From contig JAHRHZ010000002.1 in the NCBI GenBank assembly GCA_024137785.1, positions 12,175,082-12,239,081 on the forward strand: DNA of 64,000 bases, in the 5' to 3' direction. The notes below the pieces were generated by a model. It saw only the letters and a list, made by a program, of their open reading frames with translations, was not told the origin of the DNA and did no database searches. The position numbers were made by a program, and so were the translations under genes. This stretch comes from Ginglymostoma cirratum. Its lineage: Eukaryota. Within the stretch, counting starts at the first letter, position 1, and the number at the start of each line of letters is the position of its first letter. Of this stretch, positions 1 through 12,900 are shown one piece after another.

Positions 1-119
1 TTAGTGAAGATGGATCTTTGCGCTGTATGATAGCTGGGAACGGAAGGCCGTTCCTGTTTCTGATGGACTGAGATGTTTGGACTTGAACATATCAATAAGG
101 TTGACACTTTGGTCAATAC

Positions 120-340
120 TCGTGGACTGCTGTTGTCAGAAGTGTTGTCTTTTGGGTGAAAGGTGCACCAAACTGTTGCCTCAGATTGATGTAAAAGAAA
201 CAGTGGCAATACTTGAAAAGAGGTGGTTTAATTTCTGATTCCGTGCCTTAAAAATTCAGTGTCCGAGTGCCTTCTGAGAGTACCAGAAATTTTGCTGTTG
301 TGGACTATATTCCAAAATATCCTTTTCCAAAATACCAAAC
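120..340 (+). mobile_element. Degenerate Deu-domain-like SINE fragment
   Basis: tgtcagaagtgttgtcttttgggtga...tcagattgatgtaaaagaaacagtggcaatacttgaa resembles the recalled DeuSINE central domain. Confidence 0.45.
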
Positions 341-866
341 TGTTATTAACTAAACACTCAAGGGTTGGATGGAATGTTGTCCCCAAATCCATGTCTTGGG
401 GAGGCAAGTGACAAGCATAAAATGCAATCATTTCAGTCATGTGACAAGGACAGGCATTTCAGATTCTGAGGACCCATCTTAGTGGGCTAATTGGCACGTT
501 ATGGGCTATCAGTATAACTTTGCCTTCATCCATCAGTGTCCACCGGGAGGTGATGAGGTAAGTGGAAAGAAATATCTTTTTCTAGCATAGTAGGTCTTAA
601 TTAATTCTTTTGTTGATGGTCAGGGGCAGGCAGCTTGATTCAGAGTCCTTTGTGTCAGCCTTTTTTGTCTGTTTAATGCAGGGGTTTAGGAACTTCTAGA
701 AATATATTCATGTCGTCAGCCTAGGCTGTTTTGTGTCCAGGAAGGTTGTCTATTTATAAAATGAGTGGAAATTAAGCGCAAAAATACAGTTTTCTTCGTG
801 ATTTCTCTTGCCTTCTGGCCATGGCAAAAGGGACACAGCACTAACATTGTGCCTTCTCTTTATCAG

Positions 867-952
867 CAAGGGTAAGACAACATTGCTAAAGCACATCCAA
901 AATCGAGTGCTCAATATACCTCCTAATATTGATGTGCTGCTGTGTGAACAAG
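867..952 (+). CDS. ABCF1: ABCF1 exon (Walker A, domain 1)
   Basis: tatcag|C...CAAG|gtaagc; [28 protein letters not shown]. Confidence 0.93.
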
Positions 953-3900
953 GTAAGCCAAGTTTGACGAGGGTCAGTTCGTTTCACTCTATGTATGACA
1001 ATTGAGAGAAATCGGACTTAGTCTTGCTCTTGAATTACCACCAGATTGTCACTAGACCAGTAATCCACAGGCCTAGACTAATGTCTGAGGGATATGTATT
1101 CTTATCCCACCACAGCAGCTGGTGAAATTTCAATCTGGATAATAAATCTGGAATTGAAACCCAGGCTTAGTTTCATGGTCACCATTACAATCATTGATTG
1201 TCATTAAAAAAGTGATTTGGCTGACCTAATATCCTCCTTGAGAAGGAAATTTACAGTGTGGCCTGGCCTATGTGATTTCAGATCCATAGCAGTGTGATCG
1301 AATCTTACCTCTTCTCTGAAGTGGCTAAGCAAGCCACTTAGTCATGCCAAACCATTATAGAAAAGTTACCTGTTGACTGCAGCAGTTCAAGAAGATCACT
1401 CATTACCACCTTCAAGTGGATGGTAACAAGTGACACCCACATACCAGTAAAGAATAGGAATAAGAGATAAAAGGTACTGCAGATGCTGGAGAATCCGAGA
1501 TAACAAGCATGGGGCTGGATGAACACAGCAGGTCAAGCAGCATCATAGGAGCAGGAAAACTTGACGTTTCGGGCCTAAACCCTTCATCAGAAAAAATTTT
1601 TTCTGATGAAGGGTTTANNNNNNNNNNNNNNNNNNNNNNNNNNNNNNNNNNNNNNNNNNNNNNNNNNNNNNNNNNNNNNNNNNNNNNNNNNNNNNNNNNN
1701 NNNNNNNNNNNNNNNNNNNNNNNNNNNNNNNNNNNNNNNNNNNNNNNNNNNNNNNNNNNNNNNNNNNNNNNNNNNNNNNNNNNNNNNNNNNNNNNNNNNN
1801 NNNNNNNNNNNNNNNNNNNNNNNNNNNNNNNNNNNNNNNNNNNNNNNNNNNNNNNNNNNNNNNNNNNNNNNNNNNNNNNNNNNNNNNNNNNNNNNNNNNN
1901 NNNNNNNNNNNNNNNNNNNNNNNNNNNNNNNNNNNNNNNNNNNNNNNNNNNNNNNNNNNNNNNNNNNNNNNNNNNNNNNNNNNNNNNNNNNNNNNNNNNN
2001 NNNNNNNNNNNNNNNNNTAAACCCTTCATCAGAAAAAATTTTTTCTGATGAAGGGTTTAGGCCCGAAACGTCAAGTTTTCCTGCTCCTATGATGCTGCTT
2101 GACCTGCTGTGTTCATCCAGCCCCATGCTTGTTATCAAGAATAGGAAGAAAACCTCTTCCCAAACAGCTTGGGTCCCACGGTAACTTGTTCCCATCCACC
2201 CCTGTATTAACGACCCTTGACGTTTCAGTATATTCCAACAAACATTTCTACCAGTGCCTTTTTACCTTGAGATCAGTTAAAATGTAGCGTCTTCTACTTC
2301 AGATACCTGACTCCTACGTCGAGTTGGAAAGAATATTCACTGTTTAAACAGAAGTAAAAGCCACGTTCCTTGCTAAAGGGGGAAATAAGTTTGACAAACA
2401 ATGCGAAGGAGAGATGTGAGATACAGAAATATGTATTGTATTAATTAGTGATCGTTGAGCTGATTTATTTTTTGTTTGTTTTATCCTCAGAGGTAAGGGC
2501 CGATGACACAGCAGCAGTCGACGCAGTTCTGAAAGCCGATATGAAGCGGCTAAAACTGTTGGAAGAAGAACGGCAGCTCCAGGCTCTCTTAGAGAAGGGA
2601 GATGATCAAGCTGGTGAACGACTGCAAAAGGTGAACATTTAGGCTATAGTCATCTTTTCTAAACTCTTCATCCTAGTCTGACTGATTTGACAAATTGTGA
2701 CTTGAGCTGCCATGACTTGCACAGAAACTAGCAGACAGTAACTCGCCAAGCTGCCTTAAATAGCATGTTCCAAACTGGTGATCTCTACCACCTAACAGGG
2801 CAAGAGCAGCAAATATGTGGGAACAAATTGTCCTCCTGAATCATACACCATCCTGATTTGGAATGATATTGCTGTTCTTTTACCACCACTGAGTCAAAAT
2901 TCTGGAACTCCCTTCCTTATAGTACTTAGCGTGGATTTTCCCAACACTGCAAGGATTGCAGTAGTTTAAAACGACAGCTCACCATCAATTCTCTGGGATA
3001 ATGTTGGCCAAGTCAGTGATATCCACATGACATGAAAAATTAATAACTTTTTAAAAATCTCCTCTCCAGATTTTGTCATACACATTTGAGAGTCAGTTAT
3101 GAGATTATGTTTAAGACCTCCCTCCATGACCTGTGCACAGATTGCAGATTTGTGCAGTACTGAAGGACAGCTGCATTATGTTGTTAGAGATGCTATACTT
3201 AGAGGGAGACTTTTTTGAAGGTAGGTCATTTTGTAAAATGATCTCGGGAGACTTGGTACAGGTTAATAGTTTGTTTTGCCAACGTATTGGGAGAGGACCA
3301 CCCAGGGAAGTCTTTTTGCAAACAATTTTGAGGATTAAAGTCTGATAGGATCCTTTGCATCCATTTTCTCTATTCAGCTTCTGTCTTCCTGCACTTCCCT
3401 ATTTTGTAAGTAGTGAGCAGTCCTTTATGAAGCTAATATTGAGAGCTCTATAGTGATTACCTACTATGTCTTTTGTAGGTATACGATGAACTGAGAGCTA
3501 CAGGTGCTGCTGCAGCGGAAGCTAAAGCCCGTCGTATCCTGGCTGGTCTGGGCTTCACTCCTGAGATGCAAAATCGACCTACTAAGAAATTCTCTGGAGG
3601 ATGGCGAATGAGAGTGTCACTGGCTAGGTAAGCAAAGAACTGGTGAGGAAGGAGTGGTTGATGATACTTGGTGCTATGATCAGGGAATAAAGGGTCCATG
3701 CTAAAAAAGATGAGAAGTTGCCCCTGTTCAGGCTTCGTGAGGGAGCACCTTTTCATTTTGGGGTGGTTGAGGATTATCAATGAATGCCTGTCTCTAAATA
3801 GAAAGGAAATGCAGTTGCCACTGTCTAAGTCGGGCCTGATGAAGGCATAAAATGGATAAGGATTGCCTCTGGTTCATGTGCATGGAAGCAGTACAAAGAT

Positions 3901-6900
3901 GAGGATGATAATCCTGAGAAGGGGAGGATGAGAGCAGCATATAGATAGGATTGCTTCTACAGATGATGGAGGGAGTAAGCTGTATGCTGACTTTGTTTTT
4001 GGTTCAGCAGGTCAGCAATCATTTTACTGCTTAATGATTTGAAGGAAGAGATAGCCGGAAGCCTAATGGCTTCAATCAATGACAATCTTTGTGATGTGTT
4101 CCTTGTTGTGGTTCCCTGTGCATTACAGAGCCCTGTTTATGGAACCCACATTACTGATGTTGGACGAGCCCACAAACCATCTGGACCTTAATGCAGTCAT
4201 TTGGCTTAACAAGTAAGTGTGATGTGAATAGTGCAGGTTCAAAGATCTATTGTGCTGTTTTGAAATTTCAAACTTTCAATTCACAAATCTCTTTAAACTC
4301 AGATCATCCATCCACAAACCTTGTATGGGAGAAAATCAACCGAATTGCTATAGCAATAGCAATAGGAAAATCTCGTCTTTAATGTTTTCAGACTCTGGCC
4401 AGAATTCCAGAGTTGAACCCAAGTCGCTGCAGCTGACACAAGAGTGTCATGGTCTTTGGTTTATGGCCATTTCGACTGAGGTTTCAATGTGGCTCTAGAG
4501 TTATCAGCCACTGCTACAGCAGTGGGTATGTGAGTTGACTCCACATCAGAAAACAATGTTTAAAGATTCCTTATTTGATTCAAAGGTGATCAACTTACAT
4601 TTGCTTGGGTAACTGCAGCACCTCCAACACTCGAAGCTTGACACCAACCAGGACCAATGGTAGTGATCTTCTATCCTTTGAACCTCAGCCAAGCCCCTGC
4701 AGAAGGAATTACGAAACATGACAATGAAGTCAAGCTAACGATCGGATCTGTTTCTTTCTAACAGGAATAGTGTTTAAATTATTTGCCATTTAAGCTATTC
4801 AAAACTTTTTAAAATTAAGAAGTGTTGGTGTGCAGATACCATTTTTGTGTTTGCTTGACTTGCAATTTACATGAAGACTTTCTTCTGACGGTCAACATCA
4901 CTGAGACCTTTGATTTAGTTCCAAGTAAACCGGAAGATTTTCAGTGTGAAATAAAATTGGGCAAATCCAGACATTTTTCATCAAACCAATTCTGACTGGA
5001 CTACCAAATTATGATCATTATATGAACTCTCTGAAATTGGTTGATTATTGATAATAATAGACTATCTCAGCTTGTGGGACTTAATTTTCTCACTTACACT
5101 GCACACCCATGTCAAGAACATAGAACAGTGGTAGCATTGTGAGAGGGCAAGAGGGAGTTGGGTGAGGGCTTGCATCATTTGACTTGGTAATTTGCTGAGT
5201 CACCTCCACAGCTCATCTGAACTACTTTTCATTACGTGTTTTTGAACTGTACTTACTTGCTGTCTCTTATTTTCAGTTACCTTCAAACCTGGAAGAAAAC
5301 TCTGCTAATTGTGTCCCATGACCAGGGCTTCCTGGATGATGTCTGTTCAGATATCATTCACCTGGATGCACAAAAGCTCTTTTACTACAGAGGGAACTAC
5401 AGTAAGTGAAACTGTAACAGGAATAATACTGTGTATTGGGTTACGTGTTTGGAAAACTGGTTAAAGATTCCTTATTTGATTCAAGGGTGATCAACTTACA
5501 TTTGCTTGGGTAACTGCAGCACCTCCAACACTCAAGAAGCTTGACACAAACCAGGACCAAGTGGTCTGCTATATTGCCACAAGTATTCACTCCTGTCAGT
5601 ACTGACACTAAGTAACAGCAGTGTGTACCTCTACAAGATGCACTACAGAAACTTATGAAAGCTCCTTAGAGAGCGTTGTCCAAACCCACTCACTGCAGTC
5701 TAGAACAAAAAGGGCAGCAAACAGTTGGAAGCAACCACACCCTCAGGTCACTCATCATTGTTGAAATATAACAAGATTGTTTGGGACTTATCTCACTAAG
5801 TGCAGAAAAGTCATTTTTCCTTAATGGACAGTCTAGGACCAGAGGGCATATTCTCAGAGTAAGAGGTTACCCTATAAAACAGGAATGAGAAGCCATTTGT
5901 GGAATATCTTACTACAAATGGATGTAGAGGCTGACATGGACTTACTGATTAATTGGTAAGGGAGTCAAGGGTTATGGAAATGTAAGGAAAATAGACTTTA
6001 GGATATCAGATCAGCCATGAGCTCATTGGTGAAGAAGACTTGATGGGTAGAATAGCCTACATCTGGTCCTTCTATGAGTATCGTGACTTAAAAATATATG
6101 ACTGTTCTTTCAGTGTCACTGGTTCAAAATCCTGGAACTCCCTCCCCGCAGCATTGTGGGTGTTTCTATCACAAATGGATTGCAGTGATCAAAAAGGCAG
6201 TTTGCCACCACCTTTTCAAGGGAATTTAGGGGTTGACAATTTAATTCTGGCCCAACATCCCAGGGAAGGGAATTAAAAAAGGTGTAAAGATGTTTTACAG
6301 GGATCAATTTTAAAAATACACACCATTGATTCATTGTAGTGCAAGGTTCATATTTCAGTCAATGTAAATTAGAAGGGAGGAACTTAGACACAAGAGGGAA
6401 ATGTGAAGGACCTTGAGCCAAAACAAAAACGGGGCAAAATTGCAAATGTGAAAACAAATGGAAAGCACTGGGAATGCTAAAGAAAAGCAGATAGTGCTAG
6501 AAAGACTTTAAATCCATCAACAAATATTCAGTGTTTCTCTCTCTTGTTGGTGCTTCTCGTATTTTCTGTTTTTCCATTTGATTTTCGAACAAGAAGCTGA
6601 GTCATTTTCCCCTTGGAATTACTGACTAAGGAAGGGCATTGATACAATGTAAACAGCTTAATATAGAGCAGAGGCGGGACCCAAGCAGCCTTGATTATTG
6701 CTTGATGGCCATTTGGTGAAGTACACGTGGATTGACGTTTGAGAAAATCAACTTTAATCCCACCGAGCTGTCTGTTTGCATTGATTAACACATACAAAAG
6801 GAATGAGTAAACAATAGCTGATGGCCCTTCTAGCGTCTCTGATAGTTACGAAGCCTTCTCAATGCATTTACTCCTCACGCAACTGCAGAGATTAAAAATG

Positions 6901-9900
6901 AATAAATTGAACAGAGAGGGACACCCCCACCCCACCCTCACACCCTGAACCCCAGCAATTGAAATTGCATCCAAACAAAAACAAAGTGCTAGAGAAACTC
7001 CGATCTGGAAGCATCTGTAGAAAGAAACAAAATCAATGTTTTGAGTTCAATTTGAGTCTTCTGTGGAATTGGAGAGGTGGGAAAGTGATGGATTTTTTTT
7101 TCACTGTTGATAAGAGTGAAGTAGAACAGAAAGAGAAGATGAGAGGGCAAGGGAGATGAGAGATCAGTGGTGTCAAAGAACAAAAGACAAAATTAATGGC
7201 AATGATTGTAGAGAAGAACCAAAGCATAGATCCACAACTGATGTAAATAAGGAGGCAAAAGCATGAGAACAAGATGCTAGATGGGAAGGGGAGAAAAATC
7301 TCAATGGAAGACTGAATTTACAGACTGAAATTGTTCCACTGCATTAAGTCCTGAAGACTCTGAAGTGCCTAATTGAAAAATAAGATACTGTTCCTCCTGA
7401 TTATGCCAGCCTTCACTGGATCTCTGAAGCAAGTCTAGGACAAATCGGAGCATGAAAGCAGAATAGTGTATTGAAATACAAAGCAACCAGAAGACCGGGG
7501 TCAGAGAGCAGACTGTGCAGTGACTTTCTACAAAGCAGTCATCCAGTCTGCACCTGGTCTGTCAACGTAAAGGACCATCCTGTATGTGTGTGTATATATC
7601 TAGAAACTTGGTTGTTTTAACAGTACCCTTCAATGTCTTGTCTTTATGTAGCTTCGGATCTTCATCTTTGTATCATGGTAAATAATAATCAAGGCAATAC
7701 CAGGCAGAAGTCAGTGAGGAAATTGGTGGGAGTTGGGAGAGAACACTTTGTGGAAATGTCAATGCGTATGATTTATATCAGATTTTATACAAGAGCTGCC
7801 TAAAGCTGAATTATTCTGTAAATGGGAAAGGGATGCAGGGTCCTAGTGCAAGTTTCTCAAGATTAACATGCATGTTCAGTTGGTAGTTTGGAAGGCTAAT
7901 GCAATAATAACATTCATTTCAAAAGGGCTAGAATACAAGAGTAGAGATGTACTGAACGAGGCTCTGATCAGATTGTATTTGGAATATTGTAAGCAGTTTT
8001 AGGCCCCATTTCTAAGGAAGGATGTGCTGGTTTTGGAGGGGGTCCATAGAAGGTTTACAAGAATGATTATGGAGATGAAGGCTTTTTGTTATATGAGGAG
8101 CAGTTTTGGACTCTGAGTTTAGAAGAATGAGGGGACAACTTACAGAATATTAAGAGGCCTGGATAGAGTGAATGTGGAAAAGATGTTTCCACTAGCAGGG
8201 GAGACGAGAACCCGAGGGCACAGCCTCAGTGAAGGAATGAGCCTTTAGACCTGAGCTGGGAGGATTTTCTTCAGCCAGAGGGAGATTAATCTGTGAAACT
8301 CCTTTACGCAGAAGTTTGTGGAGGCCAAGTCATTGAGTGTATTTAAGACAGAGTTGGGTAGGTTCTTGATTAGGAAGGGGAATCAAGATTATTGTTATGG
8401 GGAGAAGGCAGGAGAATAGGATTGAGAAATACATCAGTTATGAGAATGGTGAAGCAGACTTGATGGGCCGACTGACCTAATTCTTTTCCTATATCTTACG
8501 GTCTATTGCAAGACTCGATCTAAATCATCAATGCAGTACCGATTCAAAGACCACCACTGGTTAAAATGACTGTGGGCATTAGGATTGCAGTTCATTGGTA
8601 CATGAAGGTACAGGGTTATATTCTAAAGCATATCACTTGTGCGTTTGCAGACGTTACTTCCCCTCCTCCCTAGTTGTCCAAGCTTCCTACCCTGTGCTCT
8701 CCAGGTCTGACTTCTTGTTCATTCCAGTTGTCTTTACTCTGCCTTTACTCAGCAGTTTCTTCAGCTAGCTGGGCCTTTAAACTCTGAGCCTCTGAGCCTA
8801 TTTGCCTTTCTTTTCATCAAGGCTCACTTTAAATATACTTCTTTGACCAAGCCTTTGGGAACCTGTCCTAGTCTCCTCATTTAACATAGTTCTTTTTTTT
8901 TCTGATTTATGCTTGTGTAAACTGCCTTGAAATCTTGTATTACATTAAAAGTGTTATGTGCATAGATTTAAAGAGGACTTGTGTTCAGATTGGTCAACGG
9001 TTACAGTTGACTTGAATAATTCAAGTTTGACCAGTGGGAAAAAGAAGCTGTGAGGAATCATGTTGTTCATGTCCCATGTCATGTTAAATGCAAAATGGAT
9101 TGCCTGCTCCCCCGCCTACACACTCTCAGTGCTTAAAGGAATCTATGTGCCGTTGTTTTTTACACATTATTCCTTGTCTTCCCTTTTTCATTACACTCAG
9201 TATCATGGGGCTCACAGCACCGCTATTGTGCAGCTGTGGGTAAATTTGTGACCTACATCTCCTAAAGGAACGTAAAGCTTCCTCCTACTTGCATGGTATT
9301 TGTGTGCATCTGTCGTGTTTTTTTTTTTTTTGTTTTGTTTTGAGCAGGACTGACTCCTGGCTTTTTTAATTGCTGTGTATTTTGTGCCTAAACCAGATAC
9401 CTTTAAGAAGATGTACCAACAGAAACAAAAGGAACTGCTGAAACTCTATGAGAAACAGGAAAAGAGACTTAAAGATCTAAAGGCGGGAGGCAAGTCAACT
9501 AAGCAAGCGGTATGTGATTCTGACAAAATAATGCAGATTGGGTGCTTCAGTCTCTTTGTGATGGGGTAGGTCATTTAGGTAATGGAGAGGTCTGCAGCTC
9601 AGAAAAAGGCCCTTCAGCTCATTAAGTCTGGGCTGGTCAAAAACAAGTACCTAAATATTGTTGCATTTTCCAGCCCTTAGCTTGTAGCCCTGTATATCTC
9701 GGCAGTGCAGGGCACATCTAAATACTGCTTAAATATGATAAGGATTTCTGTGTCCACTCTTAGAAGCAACAATGTCCAAGTTCCCAACCATCATCTGGGT
9801 GCAAGAATTTTTTCTTGCATCGCCTGTAAACCTTTCTGTCCCTTACTCTAAATTTATGTGCTTTGGTCATTGATCTATCTGCCTATGAGAAATGTTTCTT

Positions 9901-12900
9901 CATGTTCAGTCTGTATATGCCTCTCATAATTTTATACATTTCAACCATTCACTCCCCTCAGTTCCTGCTGCTCAAATGTTAAAATAAACCCCAGTCTATC
10001 AAGTCTCTCTCCTTGACTGAAACTCTTCTGCATTACTCCTATTCTGTCTTCTCACGCAACAGAGGAAATCTATGATGCAGTATTGTCTGCTGTAGTTCTA
10101 GCTATCTAGGCCTTAAGGTGCTGGAATTCCCTTCTTAAAACAGAACATATTATGTAAAGGTGCCATGTAAATACAAATTGCTGTTTTCCCCTCATCCCAG
10201 GACTTGAGCTTGTAAAATCAAGGCATGCACTTCACTGCAGTATGGAATAAGTGTTGTGTTGTCACAATGTGTCCTATGGTTGAGATGGTAAACCAACACT
10301 CATGCTGCACTGAGTCACCTGCTACTTCTAGGTGATGAAATCCACAGTGATAAGGTCAACATTCTGTATATTTGCTGAAAATACTCTACTTTACCTTGAG
10401 CCCTGTGGCTATGCTTGTGCTGTCAGCCTGCCTACTTTTAAGTTGCAGTTGAGCCATATTTTCCTTCCTGAGCGCTTCAGGGAGATCCATTGCTTGAAGG
10501 AAACAATACACTCTCTTTCTCATAATTCTATTCCCCTTTCATTTTGTTGATTCGAATGAGCAACTTCACTTCTCCATCTTCCAAGCTAATACTGCAAAAG
10601 CTTGGAGTGTTCTTTATCCAGCTGTATTTCTCAATAATTGGGTTGAAATAGATCTTCATTGTCTTCATTGGTCAGTGCATTGAGCATAGGAGTTGGAATA
10701 TCATGTTGCTGCTGTACAGGATTTTGATGAGGCCACTTTTAGAATACTGCGTACAATTCTGGTCACCCTTCTATAGGAAGGATGTCAAACTTGAAAGGAG
10801 GCAGAAGAGATTGGCAAGGATGTTGCTGTGACTGGAGGGTTTGAGTTATAGGGAGAGGCTAAATAGGCTGAGGCTAAACCTAAGAGATGTTTATAAAATC
10901 ATGAAGGGCATCAATAGGGTTCCTATCCATGGAGAGTCCAAAATTAGAGGGCATAGAAAGGAAGATTTACCAGGAACCTGAGGGCTAACTTTTCCACGCA
11001 GCAAGTGGTAGATGGATGGAACAAGCTGCCAGAGGAAGTGGTGGAGGCTGGTACAATTAAAGCATTTAAAAGGCATCTGGGTGGGTATATGAATAGGAAG
11101 GGTTCAGAGGGATATGGGCCAAATGCTGACAAATGGGAGTAGGTCAGATTGGGACGTCTGGTCAGTGCAGACAAGTTGGTCTGAAGGGTCTGTTTCTGAG
11201 CTCTGTGGCTCTACGTATTTTTTCTTTAAATCATTCTCTGATGGTGTAGGAGTCCCTATGACGTAGTGACTGAAGTTAAAGACTGTAAAAATGACTCTAT
11301 CCAAAGTGTATCGTCTCGTTGGAGGAATGCTCTGTTACTTGAGAAACACTGAGCTGGATTTTATTCCATTTATTATTCAAAGTAATGAATAATATTCAGA
11401 TAATGGTGTGATAATCTTGTAATTTCATTGACTATATGCTATTAATCAAAAGGAATGTAGGAGAGAACTTAGAGTAGTAGTGTACGCACATTGAAACATG
11501 ATGAAAATGGGACCCAGTCTTTTCATGGTTAATGTTCAGGAGTTGAAACCTACTTATTTACTTTATTCTTTGTCCCCGCTGGGGGTAGCAATGGCCAACT
11601 GGAGTGTGCAACGATTAAGTAATTGATTGAAAATGGTACTGTCTCAGTCTGTGAGACACAGCTGCTGCCTTGGAGAGTTTGGGGTAGGCAAATCAAATCA
11701 ATTTTAAATGTAGGGCTTGAAGGATTGTGGTTAAAGCAGTGGATGGTTTAACTACTTTACAACTGCTCTGCTATTAGATTAGAGCATTGCTGAATGTACA
11801 GTTTTTTTTAATGCATTGGTAATTTTTATTCTTGTTTTGTTGTTCAATTAGACAATTGAAAGAATGAATGTTTTGTCTTCTATCCTCAGTAGGTAGACAG
11901 ATGGGTTTTTTTCTCTTCTTCCAACCAATTTCTGCTTTATAGGAGAAACAGACAAAGGAGGCCCTGACACGCAAACAGCAGAAATGTCGGAAAAAGAACC
12001 AGGATGAGGAGTCAAACGAGGCTCCTGAGCTTCTGAAAAAGCCTCGAGAATACACTGTAAAGTTTACATTCCCAAACCCTCCCCCTCTGAGCCCTCCAAT
12101 TCTTGGACTGCATGGTAAGAATTTGAATAGATGAAAGGTGTCCTACAATGTTTTTCTAAGTAGTGCTGTATGGGAGTTTGGGATACTTCTTTCCCCTTTT
12201 CCCTTGATTCTTGTGGATCAGTGTTCTCTTCCTATGATTCTCTAGCAATGGCCGTTAGCTAAGTTTAAAACATGGTCTAGGAGTTAAATTTTACTTTATT
12301 TGCTTCTTATAGGGGCTTATGGCTTTCAGCTGGAGTGGAAATGCAGTGAACATTGCTTGGGCTTCCAACTGTAACACACAGATTATCTCAAAGCACTCCA
12401 TTATAGATAATTATTTTAAATCGAAGTCAGCACTCTTTTTGTCTGCAAATGCAGCAATTAATTGGCACGTGTCAAGTTTCCTAAAGAATAACATTTTGGG
12501 AGTGACAAAGCATTTTGATTTTGGTAGAGGCAGGAGAAGCAGAAATTATGTCCACAATGTCAGAGACTTAATTCCTCTTCAAATGGTTTCATGGGATCTG
12601 TTGTGAGCATCAAAATGAACAGACTTTAATTCAAAAGACGCCATGTGCAAAAAAAAACTTGATGCTCATGCACTGACATTGTAATTTATGGTCAGCAGTG
12701 AAATGATGATACTTCCTGCTGATCTTGAAGAAAGCTGCCCATAAAAATCAAATGATCCCTGTGATGTGATTTTTGCCTTTCCAAACACTAATCTAAGTTT
12801 GGTGCCAAGGCAATGTGGTCTGCAAGCATTCTGGCATCAGTGATATTGTCAGGCAGGATATTCAACAGTGTTATTCTGTCAAAATAGATGAATGTGATGT

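Larger units (their letters stand above)
1461..2136. mobile_element. Fold-back (palindromic) Penelope-derived insertion with hammerhead ribozyme motif
   Basis: 1499-1596 is the exact reverse complement of 2039-2136 (98 bp); 11-bp direct repeat aagaataggaa at 1450-1460 and 2137-2147; CTGATGA...GAAAC-GTC core. Confidence 0.8.

Noticed and set aside
1412-2195. Long ORFs on both strands in the ORF track (also 39551-39844 and 54694-55298)
   Set aside because: Artefacts of translating N runs and palindromic flanks.
2491-2498. Strong AG|GTAAGG 5' splice-like site two bases into an ABCF1 exon
   Set aside because: Explained by the Glu-Val-Arg codons; no independent sign of use.
10332-10378. C/D box snoRNA (gtgatga...ctga)
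   Set aside because: Too short, no terminal stem, and adjacent to decayed SINE sequence.
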